The notes beneath the pieces are model-generated. The model made no database searches and was not told the DNA's origin. It was given only the letters and a program-made list of their open reading frames with translations. DNA of 64,000 nucleotides, taken from positions 64,001 through 128,000 of the forward strand of contig CAVXLD010000007.1 of NCBI GenBank assembly GCA_963762565.1. Direction: 5' to 3'. The translations under genes and the position numbers were made by a program. Shown here piece after piece: positions 50,492 to 60,627 of the stretch. Numbering within the stretch: position 1 is the first letter of the stretch; the number at the start of each line of letters is the position of its first letter. Source of the stretch: an uncultured Verrucomicrobiae bacterium (lineage in GTDB: Bacteria > Verrucomicrobiota > Verrucomicrobiia > Chthoniobacterales > JAFAMB01).

Positions 50492-50752
50492 TCATCGCGA
50501 TTTTTCGGAGCGATAAAGCGCCTGTTCAAGGGCTTCGCGAATAAAGCGGGTATAGGGGATGCCACGTGCTGCCGAACGCCTCTTTACTGCCTCCAATAGC
50601 GCTTTCGGAATACGCATATTGATCTGAGCGGTCTTCTTCTGAAACTCGAACCGGGTCGGTTTGAATTGCGAGAAATCCAAATCGGAAAGGTCTTTCTCGA
50701 GGAAAGCCTCGGCTTGCTCGTCGCTCGTGAATTTAGGGATTTTGCGCTTCAT
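50492..50752 (-). CDS. brnA: BrnA/CopG-type RHH antitoxin
   Basis: IPKFTSDEQAEAFL...INMRIP..LLEAVK...GIPYTRFIR. Confidence 0.88.
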   Translation of the reverse strand: MKRKIPKFTSDEQAEAFLEKDLSDLDFSQFKPTRFEFQKKTAQINMRIPKALLEAVKRRSAARGIPYTRFIREALEQALYRSEKSR

Positions 50753-51029
50753 AACTTTCAATCTCTTTCGGATGCATGTAACGGGCACTGATTGGGCGAA
50801 CGAAACGCTGCCGGCCTTTTATTCGAATCGTGAAAGCCACGAAGAGCGGCCGGCCGGTTCCGGTTCGGGCAATGGCAATGAATCTATCTTCGGTACCAGA
50901 ATGCTCTGTGTCGGGAGCAACGCGGAACCTGCCTTGAAAAACTGCTTCGATTTCTCCGATCGGAACTCCATGTTTTTGACATTTTGAGCGATTTGCATCA
51001 TCCCAGTCGAAACCGGCGAATGCCTCCAT
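50733..51029 (-). CDS. brnT: BrnT-family toxin
   Basis: FDWDDAN..K.QKHGV...EDRFIAI...RPISARYMH.KE. Confidence 0.92.
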   Translation of the reverse strand: MEAFAGFDWDDANRSKCQKHGVPIGEIEAVFQGRFRVAPDTEHSGTEDRFIAIARTGTGRPLFVAFTIRIKGRQRFVRPISARYMHPKEIESYEAQNP

Positions 51030-51203
51030 GTATTAAGCATATCTATACGTTTGTATATACATTGTCAAGAAGCCCGATATGCAAAAAACGCGGCACTCCA
51101 CCACTCCAGTGCTCCATCACTCCAGCTTCCCAATCACGATTGTTCCGGCGGACAAAGGATGGTAAGGATTAGGGTCACGTCTTAGAGGTGACCCTACTTG
51201 GAC

Positions 51204-51316
51204 CCCTCAATCAGGGGACAGCCTCAATCAGGGGACAGGTCAATTGTTGATTGAGCCGGTTGCCGGAAAGATACGATCGATAGCCACCGACTCTTGCCGG
51301 CAATTGACCTGTCCCC
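51204..51316. repeat. Short inverted-repeat element with a duplicated left arm
   Basis: cctcaatcaggggacag twice, then ggggacaggtcaattg ... caattgacctgtcccc. Confidence 0.65.
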
Positions 51317-51527
51317 ATTCCGGTTCCTCCAGAAAGATATCTGTTTTAAATGTCCAAGACCCAGGGCAGATTACGTGGGGACAGTTATCTATCTTCCAGG
51401 AAACCTTGGCGAGGGTCGAGCCGCCCGACCCAACCTTAGGCTTCTGGAAGCTGGGCTCCTACGACACCGACTAATTAATCCCCAATCTGCTTCCCGAAGC
51501 TACCAATGCAGCAAACGTAACGGCACA

Positions 51528-52493
51528 ATGATCTACCGCCGAGCCTGCAACACCTCTTTTCCGTCGCTGTTTGACTGTTGTTTAGCGATGGTGATTACGG
51601 GCGCGCTGCTTTCATCGCCAACATTGGGTCAAGCTCAATCGTCCGAGTCTACCCTTGAACAAATGACCATCACCGGACAGGTGTCCCCAGGCGGGTATAG
51701 TGCCTATGGTGCGCCGGAAGCATTTTCGCGTAGTCGCCTGGGGGCACTGACCCAAACTTACGTTCTGCCTCCTTTTACTGCCTATGCCGGACTTGAGTAC
51801 GAATTAACCACCCCTCGTAAAGGTCTTCCGGACAATCTTTTTACCCAGGAGCTCGAAATTGGGTTGCCCTATCGATTCGGTGTCGCAATGGAAAACAACG
51901 TGGACGCTTTCAATCGTTCAGTGCGGGAGAGTACCACTAGCTTTGAGATTCGCTACGCTCTGGCCGATTGGAATAAGATCCCGCTGAATCCGACTGTCTT
52001 CGCCGAATACAAAATCGGTATTGGGCCTTTAAATGAGACTGCAGAAGTAGGGTCTCAGGACCCGGGAGAGCAGGGACGGACTCCCAACGCGTACGAGTTG
52101 AGGTTGCTTCTTGCCGAAGATTGGGGTGACAAGGTCGAATGGGCCCTTGACGGTTTCTGTGAACAGGAATTGAGCGGAGATCGCGGCCGCGAGTGGGGTT
52201 TTGCACAAAGCATCGCTGTGCCGCTTCTTCATGAACAAGAAAAGCTTAAAGTCGGCGTCGAAATGCAGTATAGCAACCACACAGATCACGGTGATAAGCC
52301 GGTCCGACAGTTTGAGCTAGGTCCAAGTTTAGCCTTCAAGCCCACGCGCCATACCCGCATAGACTTTGCTCCTCTATTCGGCACAACTAGTGCCGGACCC
52401 GACTTGCAGCTGTTCCTTATCTTCTCGACAGTGCTAGGGCCTAAAGAGGAAGCAGGCGAACCGGAAGCACCCGCATCGATACGGAATCGCTAA
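51528..52493 (+). CDS. Putative outer-membrane beta-barrel protein
   Basis: Signal peptide; alternating beta-strand pattern (ELEIGLPYRF, EIRYALADW, LGPSLAFKP). Confidence 0.7.
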   Translation: MIYRRACNTSFPSLFDCCLAMVITGALLSSPTLGQAQSSESTLEQMTITGQVSPGGYSAYGAPEAFSRSRLGALTQTYVLPPFTAYAGLEYELTTPRKGLPDNLFTQELEIGLPYRFGVAMENNVDAFNRSVRESTTSFEIRYALADWNKIPLNPTVFAEYKIGIGPLNETAEVGSQDPGEQGRTPNAYELRLLLAEDWGDKVEWALDGFCEQELSGDRGREWGFAQSIAVPLLHEQEKLKVGVEMQYSNHTDHGDKPVRQFELGPSLAFKPTRHTRIDFAPLFGTTSAGPDLQLFLIFSTVLGPKEEAGEPEAPASIRNR

Positions 52494-52742
52494 GACTAAC
52501 AATCAGCTCGGCCATTAGCTAAGAGAACCCGAATCGGGCTTCATACGTCTACTGATGATGCGCAATCCAGCCTTTGCGCCGTCTGAAGACCGAACGTGCC
52601 GCGCCGCCAGAGGCCATGGACCTCTTTCATCAATGTGCCTTTTTGCGACTATTTTCTTTGCGCTCTTCCGCCTTCGCAAGGCCTACGGCGCGACAAGTTT
52701 TGCGGCTATTCTGGTTGCGTTTCGGCAACGAATCTCCGCCTT

Positions 52743-54878
52743 CTAAAACTGTAGCGTGATCGTATCCTGAATCGTAAATCTGGGACCGTAGGCCGACTGG
52801 AAAATTCCAATCCCTTCGGCGGGTCGAATCAGGTTTGTGCGATCGAGGAGATTGAGAATCGTAAGTCGATTGATCAGTTCGCCAATTCCCGGAATCTTGA
52901 ACGACCGCTGAGCGCTGACATTGATTTGGAAGACGGCGGGAAGCTGGTCGGAGTCGGCAAAGCCGCCCCGCAAACCGCTGCTATACACCGCATCGACGCT
53001 GAACGAATACGGCTTCCAGGTGTAGGTCGCCCCCGCTGAGATCCCGACGATCGGCTGGTGATCGAGCACAATGAAATGGTGTTGGATGTACGCGAGTTCA
53101 GTTGGATCAAAATTAAATTGTCCTGTGTTTACACCGGTTTGCAGATTCTTGCCAAAGGTCAGGTTGGCATAGAGGCTCAGATTCTGAATCTTGTAATTGG
53201 CGGCGACTTCGATCCCATAGATGTGTCCGTGGCCGTAGTTGAATGGGGCAAAGATGGGGACGACGCCGAATTGACCAGTATCTAGATAGTGGCGGGTGAT
53301 CTCGTAAAAGTTATCCTCAGAGATGGTCAAAGCTGGCGTGACCTGCTGGATAATACCGATATCAAATTCGTAATCGTCTTCCGTTTTAGGATCTACGGTT
53401 CCAGTGGGTCCCGCCTCTCCGCTAGTCCCGGCAAAGGCCTTGGATGCATCTGGTGCAATACCTTGAAAGCTCGGGATCTGCAGGTAACGGGCGAAACCGG
53501 CGTGGAGGGTAGTTCCCGATAGCGGTTGGTAGGAGATGTTAATCGTGGGATCGAACTGGCTGGACCGGGTAAATCCGGTTAATACGTCCCAGCGAATGCC
53601 GGCGTTCACTTTTATCTGACTGGTAATTTGCCAGAGATCGTTGAGATAGATTCCTCCTAGAAAATTGGTGGCACTAGTATTTGCGCTAATGTGAACAGGG
53701 ACGTTGCTGGTCTGGTTCCCGTTTGCGTCGACCCGGAAGACCAAGGATGAGGTTTCTGCGATTACCCTGTATTCACCAAAGTAAAAGCCAGTGCCCAGGG
53801 TGTGGCTGCCGAGTTGATAAGTCAGATCGCCTTGCAATGTATTGTCGAAATCGACGTGGCTGGCGGTCGAGGCTACACCTTGGTAGACGAGTTCCCCAGC
53901 GTTATCCGGGCGAAACTGCTGAGTGATCGAATGAAGCGAGTAAGAGATCTGATAAGCGAGATCCGGAGTAGGAGCGCTTTTTAATGAAAGAATGGCCAGG
54001 TAGTCTCTGAAGTTAAGATTAGAATCGATATCCGCAGAATTAGAAATTTTTGAGTTTGCCAGGGTGAATTCCGGCGTCAGGTTGGGGACGTTGGGCAGCT
54101 GATTGTTACTGGCAGCGGCTGACAGGATCAAACTGAGTTTGGTGTTATCGTCCAAGGCATAACTGAACACACCGAAAGCTTGTCCTTGGTTGGTCCAATT
54201 GTGGATCGGATTGGGGCCGCTGGTAGCAGGACTAAACGCCGTGTTACCCTCGTCATAGAGTGCGCTGACGTAATAACTCAATTTTCCGATACTTCCGGCG
54301 TACTGAGCTGTAGGTTCCAGAGTATCTCGTTGGCCGAAAGTAAGGCTGACACTGCCTCCGGGTTGCTCAGCTCCATCTTTAGTTTCAATGTCCACGACCC
54401 CCCCGGTGGCGTAGCTGTACCGAGACGGTAAGACGCCGTCGAGCAGGCTAAGCTGCTTGATAAACATCGGGTTAATCATGGAGACGAAAGGAGGATTGGT
54501 ATTGATATCGTACGGAACCATCACTCCGTTGATCTGGTACTGGAACTGCGGGCCTTCGGTGTTTCGAATGTGAATTTGTTGATTTTGATCAATCGCGACG
54601 CCGGGCATCTGGGCTAGCACATCGGTAATGTTGGTGGTTTCGCCTTGGGGTAGGTTGGTGATGTCGGGTGCGCCGATCGTGTAGGCGTTGGCTAACGTTA
54701 CCGACTGGCCGGGTCCGGTTGAATTGATGCCTTGGACCACGATGGGCTGTAATTCTTGAGCCCAGGCGGAGAAACCGACAATGAAGGAGCCCAGGAAGGC
54801 GAATAGCCAAAAGCCACTAGCCGATGGTTGATGGGAAGGGAGAGTTTTGGTGACAGACGAAAGACGGATCTGGAGCAC
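52743..54878 (-). CDS. TonB-dependent receptor
   Basis: Signal peptide, TonB-box-like IVVQG, plug (VLAQMPGV, YQINGV, GGVVDI), NLLD, terminal Phe. Confidence 0.92.
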   Translation of the reverse strand: MLQIRLSSVTKTLPSHQPSASGFWLFAFLGSFIVGFSAWAQELQPIVVQGINSTGPGQSVTLANAYTIGAPDITNLPQGETTNITDVLAQMPGVAIDQNQQIHIRNTEGPQFQYQINGVMVPYDINTNPPFVSMINPMFIKQLSLLDGVLPSRYSYATGGVVDIETKDGAEQPGGSVSLTFGQRDTLEPTAQYAGSIGKLSYYVSALYDEGNTAFSPATSGPNPIHNWTNQGQAFGVFSYALDDNTKLSLILSAAASNNQLPNVPNLTPEFTLANSKISNSADIDSNLNFRDYLAILSLKSAPTPDLAYQISYSLHSITQQFRPDNAGELVYQGVASTASHVDFDNTLQGDLTYQLGSHTLGTGFYFGEYRVIAETSSLVFRVDANGNQTSNVPVHISANTSATNFLGGIYLNDLWQITSQIKVNAGIRWDVLTGFTRSSQFDPTINISYQPLSGTTLHAGFARYLQIPSFQGIAPDASKAFAGTSGEAGPTGTVDPKTEDDYEFDIGIIQQVTPALTISEDNFYEITRHYLDTGQFGVVPIFAPFNYGHGHIYGIEVAANYKIQNLSLYANLTFGKNLQTGVNTGQFNFDPTELAYIQHHFIVLDHQPIVGISAGATYTWKPYSFSVDAVYSSGLRGGFADSDQLPAVFQINVSAQRSFKIPGIGELINRLTILNLLDRTNLIRPAEGIGIFQSAYGPRFTIQDTITLQF

Positions 54879-54883
54879 ACCTT

Positions 54884-54902
54884 AATGAGAATGATTCTCA
54901 TT
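54884..54902. promoter_or_regulatory. Fur-box-like operator upstream of the TonB-dependent receptor
   Basis: Perfect 9-1-9 palindrome AATGAGAAT-G-ATTCTCATT adjacent to TTGACA (minus strand, 54907-54912). Confidence 0.75.
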
Positions 54903-55394
54903 TGCATGTCAAGTTTGTCATTTTTCGATTTTTGACCCTCGGCTTCCCCAGGCGGGCCCCGAGATGATGCAGATTGTTTGCAAAGACGCAAAGATCACAG
55001 GGTCCAAATCGGGGAGGGCGCGCGCCCCCGCGCGCCGCGATGACGTGCCACAACCCAAGGGAGCAATTCTGTCCCCGATTACAACACGTGTTCCGCTTCG
55101 TAAACAAACGGATCGCGAGGATCCGACGTCGCCGAAGCTGGAAGAAAATAAACGCTAAGGCGAAGGCTATGTCGGACAGGCAGCGATCCCTCCCGGACCC
55201 CTGGGCCTGGGCGCGTTGACGCCGTTGCACGGTACGAACTAACCGGGTCGAGTTTTTGAACAGTGCGACATTTCGGCCGGATGGGTTGAGTTGACCCAAT
55301 CTTTATAAGTCGCTTGGAAAGAGCATCTTAAGAAATTTTTAACCACTTGGCACGTTAACTGTTTAGGCACTGATTTAGAAAGGCAACAAAGGGT

Positions 55395-55592
55395 ATGAAA
55401 CTTACAAAAATTCTAGGACAAGCTAACCGATCGTTTGCCAGTGTTCTATTGGCGTTCAGCGTATTTGGATTTCTTTTTCCGCATCCTGCTAAAAAAGCGG
55501 AACAGAATTACCGAGTGAACCTGACAACCTCTGAGCAGGCAACGTCACCGCAACCGGCTGACGACGGGTCGCGATACGAGTGGTGGTATTGA
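55395..55592 (+). CDS. Small membrane/secreted protein ending YEWWY
   Basis: 65 aa with one hydrophobic stretch, a polar linker and an aromatic C-terminus. Confidence 0.6.
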   Translation: MKLTKILGQANRSFASVLLAFSVFGFLFPHPAKKAEQNYRVNLTTSEQATSPQPADDGSRYEWWY

Positions 55593-55709
55593 GTTGTTAA
55601 AAATCTCGGCGCCACACCCAAAGAGCAGTGCAAGGTTGCTCTTTCGAGCGATAGCGCCGGCGCTCTTCCTATTAAATATTAGCGGAGAGCAAAAAGAGGG
55701 AAAGTAAGT

Positions 55710-56783
55710 ATGAAGTTCTTACATCAAAGGAAGGCAATCTTTCTTTGCGGATGTTTAGTGGTGGCTAGCGTAGCGAACGGATTCGCATCTCCCATCGCCA
55801 CGCCCGCTTCGCAACCGGCACCTCAAGCCGTGCAGCAAAGCTCGGAACAATTGCGTGAGCTAGTGGCGCCGATTGCGCTCTATCCCGACCCGTTAGTTGG
55901 GCAGGTCCTCGCGGCCGCTACTTATCCGGGAGAAGCGATGGAAGCCAATCAATGGATGCAGCAGCATCAGGGCTTGACCGGTGATGCGTTGGCCAAAGAA
56001 GTAGACAAACAGTCATGGGATCCCAGTGTGAAAGCGTTGACCGAGTTCCCTGCGGTACTCGCTAATATGAGCCAGAACCTGGCTTGGACAGCTGAATTGG
56101 GCGATGCCTACGTTAATCAGCGACAGGAACTGACGCAGACGATCCAAAATATGCGGCACCTGGCAAGGGACGCCGGAAACTTGACACCAACGTCGCAAGA
56201 GAACGTAGCCACAGATGGAGATACGATCGATATCGAGCCTACATCGACCGATAACGTTTATGTTCCTCAATATGATCCTTGGCTGGTCTACGGGGACCTA
56301 CTACCGGTTTTCCCTGGTTGGGATCCCTATCCTGGACTTTACCTTGACGGCCCTGGAATCGCGTTTGGATTAGGCTTCGGGCTTGGTTGGTTTGGGGGCT
56401 ACGGCTGGGGTTGGAATAACTGGGGATGCGATTGGCATCAGGGCGCGGTTCTCTACAACCATCAGGCGTTCGTTTCCCATAGTCGAACCATTGCAGACAG
56501 AAACAGTGCCCACACTGTAGGTCACGGCTCAGTAGGTCACGCTTTTCATTCGGGTCGATTCGGCGGACATGCGGCTTCCCACGTGACTCACAGCTCGCAC
56601 ATGGCAATGGCAAGGAACTTCCACAACCTTGGCCGATCTCATTACGGCGCTCACACGTATTTCCATAGCGGAGGGTTTCACGGGTCTCACGGAGGAGGAT
56701 TCCATGGTGGAGGGTTTCATGGAGGCGGGGGATTCCATCGTGGTGGAGGATTCCATGGCGGGGGCCACGGAGGACGCAGATAA
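55710..56783 (+). CDS. DUF3300 protein with a Gly/His-rich tail
   Basis: LVAPIALYPDPL..QVLAAATYP, WDPSVKAL, LGDAY, VYVPQYDPW.VYG. Confidence 0.92.
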   Translation: MKFLHQRKAIFLCGCLVVASVANGFASPIATPASQPAPQAVQQSSEQLRELVAPIALYPDPLVGQVLAAATYPGEAMEANQWMQQHQGLTGDALAKEVDKQSWDPSVKALTEFPAVLANMSQNLAWTAELGDAYVNQRQELTQTIQNMRHLARDAGNLTPTSQENVATDGDTIDIEPTSTDNVYVPQYDPWLVYGDLLPVFPGWDPYPGLYLDGPGIAFGLGFGLGWFGGYGWGWNNWGCDWHQGAVLYNHQAFVSHSRTIADRNSAHTVGHGSVGHAFHSGRFGGHAASHVTHSSHMAMARNFHNLGRSHYGAHTYFHSGGFHGSHGGGFHGGGFHGGGGFHRGGGFHGGGHGGRR

Positions 56784-56853
56784 GGGCTAACGGTTCGTTG
56801 GGGGAGGGTGGTAGCCAGGCATTAAGTGCCTGGCTACCTAGCCGTGTGGGTGT

Positions 56854-57005
56854 GAACAGTAAGCGGTAAGCGGTAAGCAGTAAGCAGTAAGCAGTAAGCT
56901 GTATCAGTCGCTTACTGACGATCAGTGACCGATTACTGATTCACTGCTTACCGCTTACTGCTTACTGCTTACCGCTTACTGCTTACCGCTTACCGCTTAC
57001 TGTTC
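56854..57005. repeat. Inverted arrays of the heptamer (A/G)GTAAGC between convergent genes
   Basis: About six gtaagc(a/g) units, a spacer, then about eight (t/c)gcttac units; separate hairpin ggtagccaggca/tgcctggctacc at 56810-56838. Confidence 0.85.
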
Positions 57006-57016
57006 CGGCGCCATCA

Positions 57017-58249
57017 TCACAAAAAGAGTCCGCCTGCCACGGCTCCAACCAGCACCAGGATCCATGGAGCCACTTTCCAAATCTGCAGTCCAAGGAAAAG
57101 TGCTAGAGCAAGCGCTAAGCTTTTGGCCGAATCAATCGCGCTGGTCCAGATGGGTTGATAAAGAGCGGCTAACAAGACACCCACAACGGTGGCGTTAGCG
57201 CCTGCTAACAATGATTGGGCTGTAGCAGATGCCCGCAGCCGATTCCACAGCGGAAGCAAGCCTGTGACCAGAAGCATCGGCGGCAATAAGATAGCGAACA
57301 CGCACCAGAGTCCGGCGAGCCAACCGGTAGGGGAACCGTTCTTGGCGGCACCGAGATAAGCGGCGAAGGAAAAGACCGGACCGGGTAGTGCTTGAGCGAT
57401 GCCATACCCGGCCAGGAAGATATTATTATCTTCCCAAGCCCGCGGTACGACCTCGGCTTGTAAAAGAGGGAGAACAACATGGCCGCCGCCGAACACCAAC
57501 GATCCAGTTCGATAGAAACTGTCGAACAGCGCCAGCCAGCCGTCCTGTTTACCGGCGGCAAGAAGAGGCACCAGGAAAAGACAGAAAGCGAAGATCGCGA
57601 GCGAAGTGATCGATTGAATCCGGTTGGGAAGCTGGGTGAATACCTCAGTTTTATCAGTAGTTGGGTTCGTGCGGATGAGTCTCCAACCAAGCAAAGCGCC
57701 GACCGCGATGGTGAGGACTTGGACCCAAGAATTATTATTGAGGAGGATAACGACGGCGGCGACGAAGGCGAAAGTGATGCGGGTGCGGTCTGTACAAAGT
57801 TTCGTTGCCATCGACCAAACCGCTTGAGCGACGACAGCCACAGCCACAATCTTCAAGCCGTGAAGCCAGCCTGCGGTTTGGTCGCCGTTGACCCAATGAA
57901 TACCGTAGGCGGCTAACAACATAATGATGACAGACGGGATAGTGAACGCTCCCCAGGAGCAAAGAGCCCCGGTAATGCCGCCGCGGGTCATGCCGATCGA
58001 ATAGCAGACCTGGCTGCTAGTCGGGCCCGGTAAGAAATTGCAGAGTGCCACTAAATCGGCAAAGACTTGTTCACTGATCCATTTTCTGCGTTCGACAAAT
58101 TCCTGGCGGAAGTAACCCAGGTGCGCGATGGGGCCGCCAAAAGAAGTTAGTCCAAGTCGCAAGAAGATCAGGAAGATCTCAAGGTGATTGGCGCGTGGGG
58201 CGACGGCTGCGGCTGGGGTTTTTCCATCTTGAGGTGGAGTGATGTTCAT
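57017..58249 (-). CDS. chrA: Chromate efflux transporter (long-chain CHR)
   Basis: LGLTSFGGPIAHLGYF, FLPGPTSSQ, GSLVFGGGHVVLPLL, AQALPGP. Confidence 0.95.
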   Translation of the reverse strand: MNITPPQDGKTPAAAVAPRANHLEIFLIFLRLGLTSFGGPIAHLGYFRQEFVERRKWISEQVFADLVALCNFLPGPTSSQVCYSIGMTRGGITGALCSWGAFTIPSVIIMLLAAYGIHWVNGDQTAGWLHGLKIVAVAVVAQAVWSMATKLCTDRTRITFAFVAAVVILLNNNSWVQVLTIAVGALLGWRLIRTNPTTDKTEVFTQLPNRIQSITSLAIFAFCLFLVPLLAAGKQDGWLALFDSFYRTGSLVFGGGHVVLPLLQAEVVPRAWEDNNIFLAGYGIAQALPGPVFSFAAYLGAAKNGSPTGWLAGLWCVFAILLPPMLLVTGLLPLWNRLRASATAQSLLAGANATVVGVLLAALYQPIWTSAIDSAKSLALALALFLGLQIWKVAPWILVLVGAVAGGLFL

Positions 58250-58430
58250 GCCGGGTGATGGTTAGGGCGCAAGCCCTGTAGCGCGCCTCGCTTGCGAGGC
58301 CGTTGTAACCAAGGTTGAGGACGGTGCATAACAATCGGTGGGTTGGGTCCTCGAGCGTAGAAAGGCACGGGTCGCAACATAGAGCGCTGAGAGAGGTTAG
58401 GTGTGCATTACGCTGTTTCCTTGTTCACCC

Positions 58431-58688
58431 CGGCCTCGCAAGCGAGGCGCGCTCCACGGTGGCAACCCCTTCGGCCTCGCAAGCGAGGCGCGCTCCACGG
58501 GGTGGCGACCCCTTCGGCCTCGCAAGCGAGGCGCGCTCCACGGGGTGGCGACCCCTTCGGCCTCGCAAGCGAGGCGCGCTCCACGGGGTGGCGACCCCTT
58601 CGGCCTCGCAAGCGAGGCGCGCTCCACGGTGGCGACCCCTTCGGCCTCGCAAGCGAGGCAGCGCTCCACGGTGGCGACCCCTTCGGCC
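58431..58688. repeat. Tandem array of six 41-43-bp REP-derived units
   Basis: CGGCCTCGCAAGCGAGGCGCGCTCCACGG(GG)TGGCGACCCCTT x6 with no unique spacers. Confidence 0.92.
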
Positions 58689-58693
58689 CGCCC

Positions 58694-60205
58694 TCACGCA
58701 TACTCAATCAGTTGCATGAAGCCGAAGTCCATGTGCAGCTGCTGGTGACAGTGGAACAGAGTTAATCCAGGATTGTCGGCAACGAAGTCGAATTCAACCT
58801 CATGAAACCCGCCAAGCATTATGACGTCCTTAATAATCCCGGCAGTCGGTTTGCCGCCCACGCGCACCAGCTCGAAGCTGTGGCGGTGCAGATGTAACGG
58901 ATGGACGTCGTCGCTCGCATTGCGAAATTTGAACCGGTAGCGTTTACCCTCATGCACGGTGAGCTTCGGGGTCATCGTCTCCATTGAGAAAGCCTGGCCG
59001 TTGAGAGTCCATTCGTTAAACCCGTGCAGCGCCGCATTGTGCTTTACGATCAGCATTTCGATTGTTTCGTCGGGAGGTGCGGCAGTCGCTCCCGGTTTGG
59101 CGAAGATAGTGTAATCCCAGCGGTAAGGTTTTGGTTTGACCCATTGCGGCTTACCCTGGCGCCCGGCGTATTCGATGACGATGCCCATGCCGTGGCCGCG
59201 GTCGTCATCGGCGAGGTCGCCCATCACCCACACACCCGGATGGTTCATCTCGACGATTGCCGAGATGCGCTCGGCAGTGCCAATCCATAACACTGGTACA
59301 TCTGCCGGGTTTGGCACAGGGTTGCCGTCCAGCGAGACGACATGGAAGCTATGGCCGGGCAGCGCCAGGCTGCGGATTTCCGTCGCGCTGGCATTAAGTA
59401 TGTGAAAGAGAACGCGCTCACCCTGCTTGACCTTTAGCGGTTCGCCTTGACCCAGCAGCTTCCCGTTGATGCAGAAGAGATCATAACCGACCTCGTACCC
59501 CTTAGTTTTTACCTGCGCCTCGGTATCGGCCTTCTTTCCGATCTGCTGTAGCTCGGGTATCGGCGTTCCGGCGAGAAAATCCATCGCCATATCGCCACCC
59601 TGGCTGAAGGTCGGCTCGAATTCTTTAAGTGTGAGAAAGATTTCGCGATCGTAGGCGCCCGGATCGTGCTTCGGCTCGATGTACACAGGCCCCACCTGTC
59701 CCGTGTACGTGCCACGGTTGAGGTCGCCGCCGGCAACGACATGCGTGTGGTAGAAGCGAAACCCGGCCGGCTTCGGCGTAAAGGTGATGCGCCGCATGCC
59801 ATGCGCCTGCACGTAGGGGGTGCCTTCTTCAGCTGAGCCGTCGACGCCGGGCGGGATGATCTGGCCGTGCCAGTGCACAAGCTCGGGCGTATCCGTGTCG
59901 TTAAATATGTCGACTGTAACCGGCTCCCCTTCTTTGAGGCGCAATAGCGGGCCGGGGAACTGGTTATTATAGAGGGTCGTCGAGACGATGTGGTCGGGCG
60001 CGAGCTCGATAAGACCTGTGGCGATACGCAACGTGACGTCGGCTGGTCCGGGTTCGACCGGCGGCGTTGGCGTCGCTGCTGGCATTGGCATCTGCGTGGA
60101 ATTCTGGGCGATGGCGGGGTTCGATAGAATTGCACTGCCCCCAGCCAAAGCGCTCGCCAGCAAGAACCGCCGGCGCGTAAACTGATCCTCTTCGGGCGCT
60201 CGCAT
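58694..60205 (-). CDS. Tat-exported multicopper oxidase
   Basis: TRRRFL signal, HWHG, FYHTH, HPLHLHRH, FHCHQQLHMDFGFM. Confidence 0.95.
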   Translation of the reverse strand: MRAPEEDQFTRRRFLLASALAGGSAILSNPAIAQNSTQMPMPAATPTPPVEPGPADVTLRIATGLIELAPDHIVSTTLYNNQFPGPLLRLKEGEPVTVDIFNDTDTPELVHWHGQIIPPGVDGSAEEGTPYVQAHGMRRITFTPKPAGFRFYHTHVVAGGDLNRGTYTGQVGPVYIEPKHDPGAYDREIFLTLKEFEPTFSQGGDMAMDFLAGTPIPELQQIGKKADTEAQVKTKGYEVGYDLFCINGKLLGQGEPLKVKQGERVLFHILNASATEIRSLALPGHSFHVVSLDGNPVPNPADVPVLWIGTAERISAIVEMNHPGVWVMGDLADDDRGHGMGIVIEYAGRQGKPQWVKPKPYRWDYTIFAKPGATAAPPDETIEMLIVKHNAALHGFNEWTLNGQAFSMETMTPKLTVHEGKRYRFKFRNASDDVHPLHLHRHSFELVRVGGKPTAGIIKDVIMLGGFHEVEFDFVADNPGLTLFHCHQQLHMDFGFMQLIEYA

Positions 60206-60505
60206 AACTGAATAAGAATGCGCGAAGAAGGTCGGGTAGCAAGCTGGGTTGCTGGTAACCGCTGGGAACGACTCGGCGCGTCAGTCGGAGTAGCGTACGG
60301 TTCCCATGCGGAGGCGCAACGCTTCGGGGACCGTTGTCGGTCGTTCGGGAGCCTCGCCCCACCAAAATTTCGCCGATTCGCCGATACGCACCTGCCATCC
60401 GATCGAGCTACCAAACTATAAAGCGGCTCCCCTCCGATCGTTGGGCATGCGGCGCCGGGGTTTCGAGGACGAGGACAACGACGACAACGATTATGGCCGG
60501 CTCAA

Positions 60506-60627
60506 CTACCCCTTCCCAAATAGATTCACCATGACGACTCCGGAGATGGCAATCGCTCCGCAGAGAAGAGAAAGCCAGGTTGGCAACTCACCCAACCAGA
60601 TCCAGGCGATGCCGAGCGTCAAGTTCG
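60506..60627 (-). pseudogene. C-terminal remnant of an EamA/DMT transporter
   Basis: [33 protein letters not shown]; cut at the REPIN-like element. Confidence 0.65.

Noticed and set aside
58431..58688. CRISPR array
   Set aside because: The units are contiguous with no unique spacers, the same palindrome is a dispersed REP, and there are no cas genes.
58315..58765. Six overlapping ORFs
   Set aside because: They are artefacts of the stop-free GC-rich tandem repeat.
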